A DNA stretch of 64,000 bases from an uncultured Nitrososphaeraceae archaeon (GTDB lineage Archaea; Thermoproteota; Nitrososphaeria; Nitrososphaerales; Nitrososphaeraceae): contig CAVZZA010000003.1 in NCBI GenBank assembly GCA_963779615.1, forward strand, positions 672,001-736,000. The letters are read 5' to 3'. The notes under the pieces were generated by a model. It was not told the origin of the DNA, ran no database searches, and saw only the letters and a list, made by a program, of their open reading frames with translations. The stretch's first letter is position 1. Each line of letters opens with the position of its first letter. Below are positions 32,282 to 44,334 of this stretch, piece by piece. A program made the translations under genes and the position numbers.

Positions 32282-35047
32282 TCAAGGCTCTCTTTTTTCC
32301 CTCAACTTTATATCTATTTTCGGCGGGTGTGACGCCAATTCTTTTATCCATTCCCTAATCACATTGGCACTGCGCTCAGATTGTGACCTTACAAAACCGT
32401 CCAGATCGTGCTTGGCAACATCAACCAATGAGTCTACAGAAAGCAATAAACGCGAATCCAGTGTGGATGTCTTTGCATCCGTATCTGCAAGGGAGGTGCA
32501 CGCATTTATTTTTACGCGCTGCCTTTCATCTTGCAATAAATTGACCAGGCAATCAAATACTTTTTGATTCATTTGTTTTGCAGCTGCATGATCATCCTTG
32601 TTTGACGTGTTTTTCTTATCATCAGTTTTCAAAAATTTGCCCAAGGCAGCGGTCGCAGACACCCTTATAAAGTACTCATTAACATTTGAAGTTTTTCCTA
32701 CCAGGAAATTTGCAACATCCACTATTATTTTGGCATCATCATGTTTGCAAAACTCCTTTAGTCCGTCGATTGCGCCCTGTGCTACAGTATTTTGAAATGT
32801 GGTCGGACCAGTTACTATCTCCTTAAGTTTTTTTATTATCGTCTCTGTTTTCTGCATATCAGATGCAGGCATGTCTTTGCAGGATTTCCCTATCGCGGTA
32901 GCTGCAGCAGACTGTATAAAGTGGTTTTCATCTTGCAGATATTTTAGTAGCACAGGGATTGATTCGGATCGCCCAAATGCTCCAATGTTTCGTATTATGG
33001 ATCGTATTGCCTGCGACGAAGATACACCAGGATGTTGCAAGCATTGAGTCAAGGCATTACAGGCATTATTTGTTTTTGTGTAATCACTTGCATCATTAAA
33101 AGAGCCTAGAATGTCCGCCACTTCAACCAGCACACCGTAAAAATCACCATTCATAATCATGTTCTTTAAAGCATCAAGTGTCTCTTCAGAATAACAATTT
33201 TTTAATAGAGATGCCGCCTGAATGCGTTCAACTATTGTAAATCCATTTTTAAGCTGGTTTAACAAAAGGTCTTTTAGTTGAAAATCATCTTTTTCTTCCA
33301 TTATTTTGACAGATTTTATTTCTTTTATTAGGTTCAGGGTCGGGTCCAATGAAATATATTTTATCGTCTCTCCGGGAGGAATGTCGATTTTTTGTTCGAA
33401 TGTCTTTGCGGAAACTTGATAATGTCGTGGCTCCTTATGATTACTTTCACCGAAGAACACTACCCTCACATCCAAAGAAAACACGAAGGGATAATCTTCC
33501 TCCTGCACCTGTTTGACTTTAATATTTATTTGTTTACCATTTGCATTGTCATTATTTAAGGAATACTCGATCTCTAAAACGGGGTGGCCTTTTCTGAACA
33601 GCCATTGATCAAAAAATTGCTGCAAGTCCTTACCAGATACTCTTTCACATATTTTTCTAAAATCATCTGTTTCTGCATTGCCATACTTGTGGCTTAAGAG
33701 ATATTCTTTAAGGGAACCTTTAAAAGAAGTATCACCAACGTGATGCCTGAGCATGTGCAAGACGCATGAACCCTTTTGGTAAGAGTGGGCGTCAAATAGT
33801 TCGTCTGGGTGTTTGAACACTCTCGTTACTATAGGGCGCTTATACGACTTTGTTGCTTCTTCAAGGTATCTAGCCATATCCTGATGCACCATAAATAAAA
33901 ATTTATTTTCTTTTCTGCTTTCCTCCCAATAGAGTGCTTCAGAGTAACTTGCAAAACCCTCATTTAACCAGATGTTAGACCAGTCTTTACACGTTACCAA
34001 ATTACCAAACCATTGATGTGCCAGTTCATGCACAACAACTAAAACATCATTAACATAATCAGGCAACACCTTTTCATCATGCAATATGTTTTTTGTTAAT
34101 GTGGTGCAGCTGGTATTTTCCATGCCCCCAAGTTCAAAATCCTCTACGGTTACCTGAGAATATTTTTCATATGGATACTTCACTCCAAAATAATCCTCAA
34201 AAAACTTCATTATAGACGGCGTTTCCCCAAATGTTAACATTGCATTATTTTCAGGCATGTCCAACGGCCAATAATAATGCAGGTGAACTCGGCCATTATC
34301 ATAATTAAAATATTGTCTATGGAATTTCCCGATTACAACCGATGTTAAATAGGCGGGATTTGGATTAGGCTCATTCCATATCCATTTCACTTTCTTCACA
34401 TCACTACCTCTACCCACAGTCTCTGTTTGCAAGACATCAGATACACCATTAGAAATTACAGTGTAGTCTTCTGAAGGCAGAGTGATGTGAATTTCCCTTG
34501 GATACTTTACCTGCGGATCGTCAATACATGGAAACCAATATCTGGATTCCAATGTCTCGCCCTGTGTCCATGATTGAATGGCAGGAGCATTACTCCCACC
34601 AGTTTTTGTTATAAAATGAAACCCACTCCTTGGCGGTTGAAGATTAGGAATGGTATTATTTTTTGAAAAATACCCTGCAGAATATTTTATATTTAAATCA
34701 AATACAGTTCCAGCATTTAGCACCCTATCAAATTGGATTTTTAACTTGTCCTCGTCATCCAATATTTTTAAATTCTCAATTTTAACAACAGTCGACGGGG
34801 TTACATCACATCTTTCAATTCTCATTTCCGCCATGTCTAATTCAATTTCCCTTAAATCAGTGAGGACTTTGATTGTAATTTTTGTTTCACAATTAATCAG
34901 GGTTTTTGAATCAAAATCAGGGTTTATCTTAAGTAGCATATGCAATATGTTGAATTTAAGAAATGGGGTGTGGTGCACGGAACTCCCCGGGAATTCAAAT
35001 GTATTAGTGGCGGAAGCATTGGAAGAAGCATTATGAGAATCTTTCAT
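32282..35047 (-). CDS. pepN: M1-family aminopeptidase with C-terminal HEAT repeats
   Basis: GGMEN, HELAHQW...WLNEGFA, YQKG and a HEAT-like C-terminus. Confidence 0.93.
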   Translation of the reverse strand: MKDSHNASSNASATNTFEFPGSSVHHTPFLKFNILHMLLKINPDFDSKTLINCETKITIKVLTDLREIELDMAEMRIERCDVTPSTVVKIENLKILDDEDKLKIQFDRVLNAGTVFDLNIKYSAGYFSKNNTIPNLQPPRSGFHFITKTGGSNAPAIQSWTQGETLESRYWFPCIDDPQVKYPREIHITLPSEDYTVISNGVSDVLQTETVGRGSDVKKVKWIWNEPNPNPAYLTSVVIGKFHRQYFNYDNGRVHLHYYWPLDMPENNAMLTFGETPSIMKFFEDYFGVKYPYEKYSQVTVEDFELGGMENTSCTTLTKNILHDEKVLPDYVNDVLVVVHELAHQWFGNLVTCKDWSNIWLNEGFASYSEALYWEESRKENKFLFMVHQDMARYLEEATKSYKRPIVTRVFKHPDELFDAHSYQKGSCVLHMLRHHVGDTSFKGSLKEYLLSHKYGNAETDDFRKICERVSGKDLQQFFDQWLFRKGHPVLEIEYSLNNDNANGKQINIKVKQVQEEDYPFVFSLDVRVVFFGESNHKEPRHYQVSAKTFEQKIDIPPGETIKYISLDPTLNLIKEIKSVKIMEEKDDFQLKDLLLNQLKNGFTIVERIQAASLLKNCYSEETLDALKNMIMNGDFYGVLVEVADILGSFNDASDYTKTNNACNALTQCLQHPGVSSSQAIRSIIRNIGAFGRSESIPVLLKYLQDENHFIQSAAATAIGKSCKDMPASDMQKTETIIKKLKEIVTGPTTFQNTVAQGAIDGLKEFCKHDDAKIIVDVANFLVGKTSNVNEYFIRVSATAALGKFLKTDDKKNTSNKDDHAAAKQMNQKVFDCLVNLLQDERQRVKINACTSLADTDAKTSTLDSRLLLSVDSLVDVAKHDLDGFVRSQSERSANVIREWIKELASHPPKIDIKLREKREP

Positions 35048-35306
35048 TCAATCTTTCATAATTAAATAGTATTAAAGAGTATTGCAGTGTCTTAATGCAT
35101 CACATGTGTCCAAAGGATGGGGTAATGGCATCTTAAATTGGCATAAACATACAAGATTTTTTAGTTTCTTTATCATTTTACAAGTAAAAAATAATCTACC
35201 TGTTGCCTTTTCTTTCTAAAATGCAGCAACACAAATCAAATAAAATCTATTTTTAGCCCATAACAAAATTTTATTGTTGAAAGTATAAACTCCGGGCATT
35301 CTTAAA

Positions 35307-36134
35307 ATGGATATGAATGAACAATCCAATAATTATTTGCTTGAAGAAATGAATGCAATTCAGGTGAGAGATAAAATAACAGAAAAAAGTATTGCAATTT
35401 TGGTGCTTGGCGCCTGTGAAAATCATGGAAACCATATGCCTTTTGGTTCGGATTTTATCTTTCCCATGAAGCTTTTTGAAAAGGTAGTTGATGAAATATC
35501 AAGTGATGATACTCCAACGGCCCTCCAAAACAAAAGCAATTTCATTCTCCTTCCTGCCATCCCGTATGGAGTTAGTTCACATCACAACGACTTTCAAATG
35601 ACTATGAGTTTAGAGCCTTCAACAATGATATCAATAATAGAGGATGTTTTTTCAAGTCTTGTAAAAAATGGCATAAAAAAAATACTTGTTGTTAATGGAC
35701 ATGATGGAAATATATCTCCCATCGAAATTGCATCAAGAAAGATTAAAAATGAAGCGCCAAGTGTTACAATAGCCTGCCTGGAGTCATGGTGGGCATTAGT
35801 TGGACAAAAAAACAAAGATCTTTTTGAGGTGTGGAATGGGCTTGGGCATGGAGGGGAAGCTGAAACATCTGCGATGCTATCTGTAAGGCCTGACCTTGTA
35901 AATACAGACTATTCTTCTGATCAGGTTATTCCTAATTTACCCGATGAGGATATCAGAATATACTGGAAATTTAATGAGTTAACAAACACGGGCATAACAG
36001 GTGCGCCTAAAAAAGCCTCTGTAGAAAAAGGTCAAGAGATTATAAAAATACTAACAAATGTTATTATTTCCTTTATAAACAACATGGAAAATAATGATTG
36101 GAAATATGGAATATCCCTATCCAAAACAGGTTAA
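35307..36134 (+). CDS. Creatininase/creatinine amidohydrolase family protein
   Basis: ENHGNHMPFGSD, YGVSSHH, NGHDGN and HGGEAETS. Confidence 0.92.
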   Translation: MDMNEQSNNYLLEEMNAIQVRDKITEKSIAILVLGACENHGNHMPFGSDFIFPMKLFEKVVDEISSDDTPTALQNKSNFILLPAIPYGVSSHHNDFQMTMSLEPSTMISIIEDVFSSLVKNGIKKILVVNGHDGNISPIEIASRKIKNEAPSVTIACLESWWALVGQKNKDLFEVWNGLGHGGEAETSAMLSVRPDLVNTDYSSDQVIPNLPDEDIRIYWKFNELTNTGITGAPKKASVEKGQEIIKILTNVIISFINNMENNDWKYGISLSKTG

Positions 36135-36318
36135 TAATTATTTAGCATGGTATTTTATTTTTAGAATTTGTTTTGGATTTGGGTAAAGGTAATAGGGATT
36201 CACCACTTGGCAATTTCACAGGCTCAATCCTAAGATTTTGTTTGATTGTTTTTTTCATCTGTATCGACTATCGTAATTTTTACTATTATTGAAAACAGTC
36301 ATTTTAATATCTTTAAAT

Positions 36319-37309
36319 GCTTTGTCGCATAAATAGTTGATCACAGGTATTTTTCTTGACGGTTAGGACAATTTTCCAAGTAGGCTATGCAGTGATGCCT
36401 TTAGAGCCATTTCTTTTACCATGTGTTGAAACCATGTTGCAGAAACATGTTCTCCAAACGTTCTCTTTATGGAAGAAAGTGCTGTCTCAGCAACCCACCG
36501 TTTCCCATTTCTCTTCTCTTCCCCCACTTGGGAAAATCTTTTTGTGATCTGACTTCCTTATTTCGGATAATGGCACTCTTTGCTGAATTGATTGAATTCT
36601 TTCATACCTTGTTTCCAGGCTGAATTTTGTTTTCCTCAAGGTATTTGAACATCTCATTGGAATCATATGCACCATCGGCCAAAACAGACTTGATTTTAGT
36701 AGCCGAACCATCATTGTTGCTTTTCAAAACGTGTTAAAGCAGTTCATCCATAACCTTTCCATCATGCACCCTCTCATCAGTAAACTCCATTGCAAGGATT
36801 TCCTTGGTCTTTATGTTCACAGCAACGCGGATTTAAGGTAGCCTTTCTTCTTGTTTTGTGTTTCCCACCTGTCACGCATCCACTGGCATCTGTTTGTTAC
36901 CTTGATACCGGTACTGTCTACTGCTATGATGAGGTTGTCATCATCTAATTCACTGCTTCTGCTACCATCAATGTCAATATTTTTTTTGTTCTTTTAATAA
37001 TCTGTGACTAGCTGGATGGCTTGGCAGGTTCTTTCCTGTTGCCTTTATGGTTCCCTCTGTTTGCCTGTATTGTAGATGAAGGTAAACTCTGATGTAACCA
37101 ATACAAGAATGAGGGAATCAGGGTATCTTTACCTTCTGCCTTCCTTCTTTTCATTCCCCCCCTATCTCGGCATCCCACCATAAATCAAGAAAATCATAGG
37201 CAGGGAATCTTCCCTCTCCTTACCAGGTACCGATTATGGGAAGGCCATACTGTCACAAATGTTAGTCTAATTTAATCCCAGCAAAATAGATTGAGTTATG
37301 CAACAAAGC
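36319..37309 (-). mobile_element. Degenerate IS5-family (IS903-group-like) element, copy A
   Basis: 14-bp IRs: GCTTTGTCGCATAA at 36319 and TTATGCAACAAAGC ending at 37309. Minus-strand fragments IIAVDSTGIKVTNR, TDERVHDGK and LADGAYDSN, with many frameshifts. Confidence 0.9.
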
Positions 37310-37706
37310 ATTTCTTAGGTATTTTTAAATTTATTATCTTTACTATACAATGGTAATTTATAAATGCTATACATCCATATGTACATATCTGCCACTAACC
37401 CCATATTACTTCAACTCACTGTCAAAAAAGATGGTAATAAAACAAAATAGAAAAGAGTGCTATTATTGACACCACTAAAATTACAAATTCAAGGTTTAAA
37501 ATGCCAGGTCATTTAAACGAAAAAGATGTAGTTACAACAAATACATCTATTGTGTATATGCGGCAGTCAACCTATGACAGGTAAGTAAATGCAGACTATC
37601 CAGGTTTAACAAAAAATGCCATTTAATGAGGAAGTTTTTAAAAAAAACTGCATTTCTTTTTTTTAGTAAATTTAGTGTGTTTGTTCTATCCAATTTCTCA
37701 TTGTTA

Positions 37707-38537
37707 TTACATTCTCCTACTTGAAAGCCCTTCAATCAAGAATGTCAATAACTTTTGATATACGATAGCGGGTTTTTCTATAAATGGTGAATGCCCTGCA
37801 TCAGATATCACAGTCATCTCCGCATCTTTGAGAATTTGTTTAAACCTATTAATATGATCTAGAGGTATAAGATTATCTTTTTCTCCCCATATTATAAGAC
37901 AAGGAAGGTCTTTTATCTTCTCCAATCTTTCCATACCGATAGAAGTTGTTGTACTATTTCTAAAAGCAGATTCAAATGCATGTTTTGCGCCGGGTTTTTC
38001 AATTACTGATATAAATATATCTATAACGACAGGAAGTAACCTGAACGGTTCGGCCATTAGGCCTTCAAATACCTTTTTTACTTTACCATGTCTTAATATA
38101 GGATCAGTTTCCATAGCTGCATCTAGATATTGTTCTAAAAGTGTTGTAGGACGATTAAGCATACCAGACGAGTCAATCAATACAAGTTTTTCAATTTGCT
38201 CCTTATTTTCTAGTGCATATTCTGCTGCTATATACCCCCCTAATGAATGACCTATAATAGTTATTTTATCTTGATTATTTATTCCAATTTGTCTAAGAAA
38301 ACTTTTAACAAATTGGCTAAAATAACTGATCGTATAGTTCAATAAAGGTTTGTCGCTTCCACCAAAACCTATCAGGTCAACGCATATTGTATGGAATTGT
38401 TCCGATAAAGCTTGTGGTATATCCCGCCATACGATAGAAGATGAACCAAGCCCGTGAATAAACAAAATGTGTCTTGGGTTACCCTTTCCATACTCATCAT
38501 ATCGTATGTTGAATCCGTCTTCTAACCTCGTGTACAT
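37707..38537 (-). CDS. Alpha/beta-fold hydrolase
   Basis: HGLG, DLIGFGGSDKP, nucleophile GHSLGG, WGEKD and GHSP. Confidence 0.93.
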   Translation of the reverse strand: MYTRLEDGFNIRYDEYGKGNPRHILFIHGLGSSSIVWRDIPQALSEQFHTICVDLIGFGGSDKPLLNYTISYFSQFVKSFLRQIGINNQDKITIIGHSLGGYIAAEYALENKEQIEKLVLIDSSGMLNRPTTLLEQYLDAAMETDPILRHGKVKKVFEGLMAEPFRLLPVVIDIFISVIEKPGAKHAFESAFRNSTTTSIGMERLEKIKDLPCLIIWGEKDNLIPLDHINRFKQILKDAEMTVISDAGHSPFIEKPAIVYQKLLTFLIEGLSSRRM

Positions 38538-38800
38538 TTATAAAATAATAATTGTGAGGACCATGATAATATAATTGATTAACAGTAGTAGAAGGCTAGT
38601 TCATTAAGGTTATTATCTGCAAGCAGAAGAAAAATTTGATGGTTTTTATCCAATAGTTGAGTTCAACCTTCAAGCAATCCCATCGATAATAAAAATATTT
38701 GAAGACGCCTGCAATTTGTGTAAATGCAATACTTCAATCTCAACCATTTATTGTAATTACACATTACAATCCTAATTAACTTTTTAGCTAGTATCGGCTG

Positions 38801-38971
38801 CTATTTTATCTCTTTTTCAGCACAGGTGTCACAGTATTTTTCTACTAGTATAGCACCATCACCCACAATGAATAATGCTTCTTTGGTGGCCTTATTCCCA
38901 CAAGTTATACAGAATTTTGTCTTCCCATTGGCATCAGTAAATGGATTTAATACAGAAAATGTTTTTTCCAT
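38801..38971 (-). CDS. Small CxxC-x22-CxxC zinc-finger protein (56 aa)
   Basis: Hand translation: MEKTFSVLNPFTDANGKTKFCITCGNKATKEALFIVGDGAILVEKYCDTCAEKEIK*. Not in the ORF track because it is under 60 aa. Confidence 0.75.
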   Translation of the reverse strand: MEKTFSVLNPFTDANGKTKFCITCGNKATKEALFIVGDGAILVEKYCDTCAEKEIK

Positions 38972-39570
38972 CCTACTGTTCCACTCCTGTATAGGTTTTC
39001 TGAATCATTGATTCAGGTAATACTGTTATCATGGCATTTGCAGCGTCAACTGTGAATCTCGCATTGTTACTCATCAACATCATTATTATGTAGTTGTTCT
39101 GCTTATAAAAACTTGCAGTTTTGATGAAGTTTCAATAATACCACTACAAGTTTGAAAGATAAATCCACATTTTAATTATAATTTTAAAATTGAAATAGAG
39201 ATGTAATGAAGAAAATAATTTCCTCCCCTTTCAACCGAAAGTTATTGAAAATAAATGATGATAGAAAAGGTACTGACAGTTTTATAAGCCATTTTTGCTT
39301 TTATTATAACATTTGATAGCCCATTATGCTTTTTGATGGTTAACTCCATTAGACATTTCGGTCTTTAATGTAGCCATATATGTTCTCAAAAGATGATTTG
39401 CGGTCACCATAAACTACGAGATGAATATAATTTTACCAAAACAACTTATTAAACTCACAGTAAAAATAACTTTTTTTGAAATAACTTTCAAGAAACATAG
39501 TCAAAACAATACAAAAAATGTGGTGGTAGTAGACAGTAATTAAATCAGTAATGCGGGTATATACTACTGA

Positions 39571-39816
39571 TTATGTTCCACCGAAAAGTTTGCCTACAGT
39601 TTCACCAATTGAACCTAAAGGTCCACCATCGCTTTGATTGGATTGTTGCCCGCTTTGTCCAGTTTGATTTTGTGAAGCCGTGTCATTACCTGCTGCTGAT
39701 GATGATGATGTTGGTGTTGATTGATTTTGAGCAAACACTGTTGCCGAATTAGTATAGGCAAAGAAAAGTGCAAGAGATAACGCTATTGTAGCAATTACTG
39801 AAATTGTTTTATTCAT
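39571..39816 (-). CDS. Small secreted low-complexity protein
   Basis: Likely start MNKTISV, with a signal peptide ending VFA-Q, an S/Q/T-rich body and the C-terminus GPLGSIGETVGKLFGG. Confidence 0.7.
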   Translation of the reverse strand: MNKTISVIATIALSLALFFAYTNSATVFAQNQSTPTSSSSAAGNDTASQNQTGQSGQQSNQSDGGPLGSIGETVGKLFGGT

Positions 39817-40278
39817 CACTCTAATATGGATTGATAGTATATATAGAAGCATGGTAATTTTCTTCATCATACTTTTTTTTCAGCATTCTTTCTTAGGCGC
39901 ATTAGGAAACAATTACTCAATAACAAATAAGAGATTTTACTTCATATCATGCAAGTTGTTTGCGACCTATATCAGAGTTTTTCCAATTTCAAACCATCAT
40001 CAGTTGCCGTTATTTTAACAATAATAAATCAAATATTCTTTTAAAAAATCTACCTATCTTGGTGGATTTTTTTTCTCTTTTTATAATCCACTATAATCCT
40101 AAAAATATAATATGCAAGACCCATGTACTGTCTACTTCTTCCCATAGGATTGATTTTGCAGAATAGGTTTAATAGTTGTACAAGAACACAATCATCCCAA
40201 TAGTTTTTCTTGTAATGAAAAAAGGTTGATGTGTGTTTTTTAACACACATTCTTTGAACTTTTTACTATAGATGGTAA

Positions 40279-40554
40279 TTATTTTGTGCCTGAAGTAGAA
40301 CTTCCCATAGCAGAAGGCAACGCATCATCTTGAAAATGATCCCTCGCTTCCTCTTCAGTTATTTTAAACCTTAGGGTATGACCATCATAATCTTTAACTA
40401 AACCCTTTGGAATGGAAAAATATGTTTTGTCAATTAATCCCTTTTCAATTGTTACATATGTGTCGCTTACGTGATGTACTTTACCTAAATCTTCACCATT
40501 CAAACCTCTTGCTTCCTTTTTTATAACGGCAGGCCAATCAATATCAGAACTCAT
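40279..40554 (-). CDS. Small PRC-barrel/DUF2171-like protein
   Basis: DWPAVIKKEARGLNGEDLGKV...EKGLIDK..FSIPK...YDG..LRF.ITEEEA. Confidence 0.75.
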   Translation of the reverse strand: MSSDIDWPAVIKKEARGLNGEDLGKVHHVSDTYVTIEKGLIDKTYFSIPKGLVKDYDGHTLRFKITEEEARDHFQDDALPSAMGSSTSGTK

Positions 40555-41030
40555 ATGTAATATATCCTTTGGACATAATAAATGAATTTTCGTGGTAAAT
40601 CAACTGTCCACAAAGTTACAAGGTATTGTTTTTGTTTAATTTCACTAAATGCCTTAAAGAAAAATTCATTTATTGATTTGATGTTTTTATGATAATTAAA
40701 GGTCCATAGTTTAAAACTAATGGAATTATAAACATTGACATATATTACAGAACCGTTACTTTTTGTGGACATACCAACAGGTTTTCCAGTCTTTACAGGC
40801 AGGATATTCAAATAAACAAGCAGGTAAAATGAAATACTATTACATGGTCTTACTGGTGGAGCAAAGATATGCTACACAGTTGCGGGCCTAATGGTTCGTC
40901 TACCGTTTTGCACATTCTTTTTCTTTTTTTCAGTGTCTTGTTGTTTTACATCTAATAATAAAAGAAACTGGACCTGCCGTGATTTCCGTCAGAAATTGTT
41001 AATTTATAAGTTATATGTGCATAAAAGCAC

Positions 41031-41312
41031 ATGTCAAACAATATGCCAGTAAATGAAAAGGCAGAAAACAGGTCTCAATCTAATACAGATACAGTGGGCA
41101 ATAACCAAAACATGGATGATTCCGAGAAAATGGTAAATCTGGTAGACTCATCCAAAGTTCAAGTAATGAGTGAAAACGGAAAATATTTGATTGATGTTGA
41201 TATAGAAAATCTTGATGAAGGAAAATATTACCGCGTAGATTATCAGGGTGACGTTTATGGGATAGAAAAACTAGACGATGGCCAACTAGTATTTTATGAG
41301 GTAATGGATTAG
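41031..41312 (+). CDS. Hypothetical acidic protein
   Basis: 93-aa ATG ORF with a TATA-like TTTATAAG upstream and a beta-rich C-terminal part. Confidence 0.7.
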   Translation: MSNNMPVNEKAENRSQSNTDTVGNNQNMDDSEKMVNLVDSSKVQVMSENGKYLIDVDIENLDEGKYYRVDYQGDVYGIEKLDDGQLVFYEVMD

Positions 41313-41314
41313 GA

Positions 41315-41515
41315 ATGTCAAATTCAGAGTCAAAGGCATCAGAAGAGCATTCTCATAAAACTTTGAAAAAGATATGCAAAATTGACCCAAAATTATTTGT
41401 TTCAAACACGGTAAAGGATACCGAAGTATGGAGTTGGAAAAGAAAAAAGTTTGAGAAATGGTTTATTTTTTATGATAGCAACACAGGTCATTTAAAAAAT
41501 TCAAAGATTGATTGA
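41315..41515 (+). CDS. Hypothetical small protein
   Basis: 66-aa ORF starting 2 bp after the upstream stop. Confidence 0.6.
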   Translation: MSNSESKASEEHSHKTLKKICKIDPKLFVSNTVKDTEVWSWKRKKFEKWFIFYDSNTGHLKNSKID

Positions 41516-41735
41516 ATATGCTTAAGCCCATTTCTTTGAATTGCCCAACAATACTTATTTATGACATGTAATTGTATCTAGCAGTTACACTCAACAACTC
41601 AAAGTTAAGGAAAAAACAATACAACAATAAATAGGAAGGAGAAAGGAGCAGAGCAGATTCCTACCATTAGTACACATATTCACGATTTCAGTCAAGTCAT
41701 AATGTTTTAAAAACGTTCCAATTTACATATATACT

Positions 41736-42098
41736 TTAAGGATGTTCATGATTATCTATTGGAAACATCAGTGTAGACTTAACCAATCTTACAACAGGAA
41801 CGTATATTGATTGGGGATTACTACCAACACTATCTACAAAGATAAATTCACCTGTCATTTTATTTAACTCTACAAATTTCTTGATTGGTTTTTCTTCAAT
41901 GACATGGTAATGAGCAACAACACCCCCAACAATTCCTGTATGAACAAACAGTATTTCCTTGTTTTGATATGTTATGTGATACAGTAATGGCGTTATGGTC
42001 ATAAAAGACTGTGAAGTATAAAGTATGACATTTAGTAACTCCTTTAAATTTTCGTATTGTAAATAAGTGGTAAACCATTCGGCTTGTGACATATACAA
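41736..42098 (-). CDS. Conserved hypothetical protein (TACK-archaeal type)
   Basis: 120-aa ORF with a globular composition (YENLKELLNVILY...TPLLYHI...YVPVVRL). Confidence 0.75.
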   Translation of the reverse strand: MYMSQAEWFTTYLQYENLKELLNVILYTSQSFMTITPLLYHITYQNKEILFVHTGIVGGVVAHYHVIEEKPIKKFVELNKMTGEFIFVDSVGSNPQSIYVPVVRLVKSTLMFPIDNHEHP

Positions 42099-42442
42099 TA
42101 ATGTAGAAGAAGCAACATTATTTTAGATTTGTGTTTGATAGCGAGCTATCTTGTTAAATCGGACACATGTATCAACCACCAAAGTTTTTTTTCAAATGTT
42201 TTAATAAGTTTAACTTGTATTTTGAGGAAATTATGTAACATTTTTGGAGTTTCTGTTTCGATAACCATATTTTTCTTATTGAAATATCACGATGCTTTCA
42301 TCAAATTAAGCCTACATCCACCATTGATCACACATTACACCTAAAAACCCATTTTCAGTTTATCCATCATCAAAATTCGATATCCAATAAATCAACTTGC
42401 TATAGGATCTTATAGTTCTTTTTTTGCGAAATAATAATTTGT

Positions 42443-43294
42443 TTAAATCATCTCCAAAGGGTCATTGGGGTCTGGCAAGGGAAAAAATTTGTCTATAGCC
42501 TCAATGTCATCCTCCTTTAAACTCCAATCCCCAACGCTGCCACTATTTTCTCTAACCCTCTCCACAACTCTGGTTTTTGGAATAGAAAATATGTTGTGAT
42601 GCCGGGTGAGAAAATTAAGGGCAACCTGCCGAGATGTTTTCCCGTGTCGCTGAGCTATCTCTAAAAGCATTCGTCCACCGGCGCTTTGTGGTGAGGGGAA
42701 ATTTCCATGTCCAAATGGCGAATAACCTACTACCGCTATTCCCCGCTTGGTGCAGTAGGGCAGTACATGTTGCTCAATTCCACGATAACCTAAATTATAT
42801 AATACTTGATTGCATGCAATTCGCTCATTTTGTAGTGCCTGTTCAGCCTCCTTTAGTCCTCTGACATCAAAGTTGCTGACTCCAATATGTCTCACTAAAC
42901 CCTCGGCCACCAGTCTCTCCATCGCACGCATGGTCTCACTAATAGGATAGTTGCTGCTTGGCCAGTGAAGGATGTACAGGTCAAGCCATTCGGTCTTCAG
43001 TCGTTTTAAGCTACGCTCGCAGGATTTTATTGTATCCTCATAAGAGGCGTTTGAGGGCAAGACCTTGCTTACTAAAAACACCTGATCGCGTCTCCCCGAT
43101 ATGGCTTCACTCACCATTTCTTCAACTCTACCATTTCCATACATTTCGGCCGTATCGATGTGGGTGAGCCCGAGATCAAGCCCTAGTCTCAGGGCTTTGA
43201 TCGCAAGGTGCTCCATATCACCATCGATTTTCCAGGTTCCCTGTCCAATTACCGGTACCTGGATTCCAGACCAGCCAAACTTGCGTTTTATCAT
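42443..43294 (-). CDS. Aldo/keto reductase
   Basis: GQGTW, IDTAEMYG, SKV, DLYILHWP, IGVSNF and YSPFG. Confidence 0.95.
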   Translation of the reverse strand: MIKRKFGWSGIQVPVIGQGTWKIDGDMEHLAIKALRLGLDLGLTHIDTAEMYGNGRVEEMVSEAISGRRDQVFLVSKVLPSNASYEDTIKSCERSLKRLKTEWLDLYILHWPSSNYPISETMRAMERLVAEGLVRHIGVSNFDVRGLKEAEQALQNERIACNQVLYNLGYRGIEQHVLPYCTKRGIAVVGYSPFGHGNFPSPQSAGGRMLLEIAQRHGKTSRQVALNFLTRHHNIFSIPKTRVVERVRENSGSVGDWSLKEDDIEAIDKFFPLPDPNDPLEMI

Positions 43295-44334
43295 AGTATG
43301 TTAAAAACAGATTTCGTTGATCTAGTACTAAACCATTTACTATTCTACAATATTTATTTCTGACAATTTACACTATCCCCTGCATATAAATGTCCGTTAA
43401 AAATTCATTTTAAATAATTTTGGCATTTAACATATCAAATTCAAATAATTTAAGCGAATACTATCCCCAAAATCCATGCAATATATGGATTCAACGGATT
43501 ATTTTACTCCAAGCATTAATTTTATTGCACAAATAACTTTTTTATTTGGGTTATAGTGAGCACCGTTTGTTTCCATTGTTGTTTTTGTGAAGTTAGGAAC
43601 AGGGGTAATTTTCATTACAAGGCATTCCAGGTAGCAACATTCAAACACAAATAACATAATTGCTACAGTAAGTCTAATCATTCAAAAAGAGATGAACATC
43701 AGTCTAACAACATGTCAGGAATATGAAATAGCATTTGAAGCAAAAAAAGGGATCAAAAATGGCATGTTTGATACAATGACACAAAAAGATACGCTTTTTT
43801 GTGATAAATGATCGCTATAAAAATATTTTAAAAAATTTAAAATCGGGTTGAAATATTGCTGGCAAAAGTACATCGGGGGTTCCTAATGGAGTATACATAA
43901 ATTGATACCAAGAATAATATCTCCTGAATCCTTCACTGGTGACTATAGGCCCATGTCATATAGCCAAAAATAATAACTGCACATAAAATGCCACTTTTCG
44001 CTTATCCTAAGGAATTGAAAGGTTTCAAAAAATGTCCCTTTCATCTGGAATTCCAAACATGTTCCATTTATTTTGATTTTCTCCCCATATCTTTCACTCA
44101 TTTTTTTTTGTTTATTTTTTGTTTGTTTTGGTTATAATCTTTTTTATACTGGGTTTGTTATTTGGACGGCATTGTGTCAACAATCTACTATAAAAAAATA
44201 CAAGATCTAATCGGCAAACACAACTTTCATTTTTAAAGTTTGGAAAATTTGATGATGAGTTCCTGATCAGGATTATTTCTGAAATAGATATTTTTATGTG
44301 CACCCTCGTGAATTTTTTTTTTCATTCTTGCCTT

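Noticed and set aside
43692-43811. 39-aa ORF resembling a decayed zinc finger (CQEY...CDK-TGA), or a selenocysteine read-through
   Set aside because: Only two Cys remain, no SECIS-like evidence was seen, and another stop follows two codons later.
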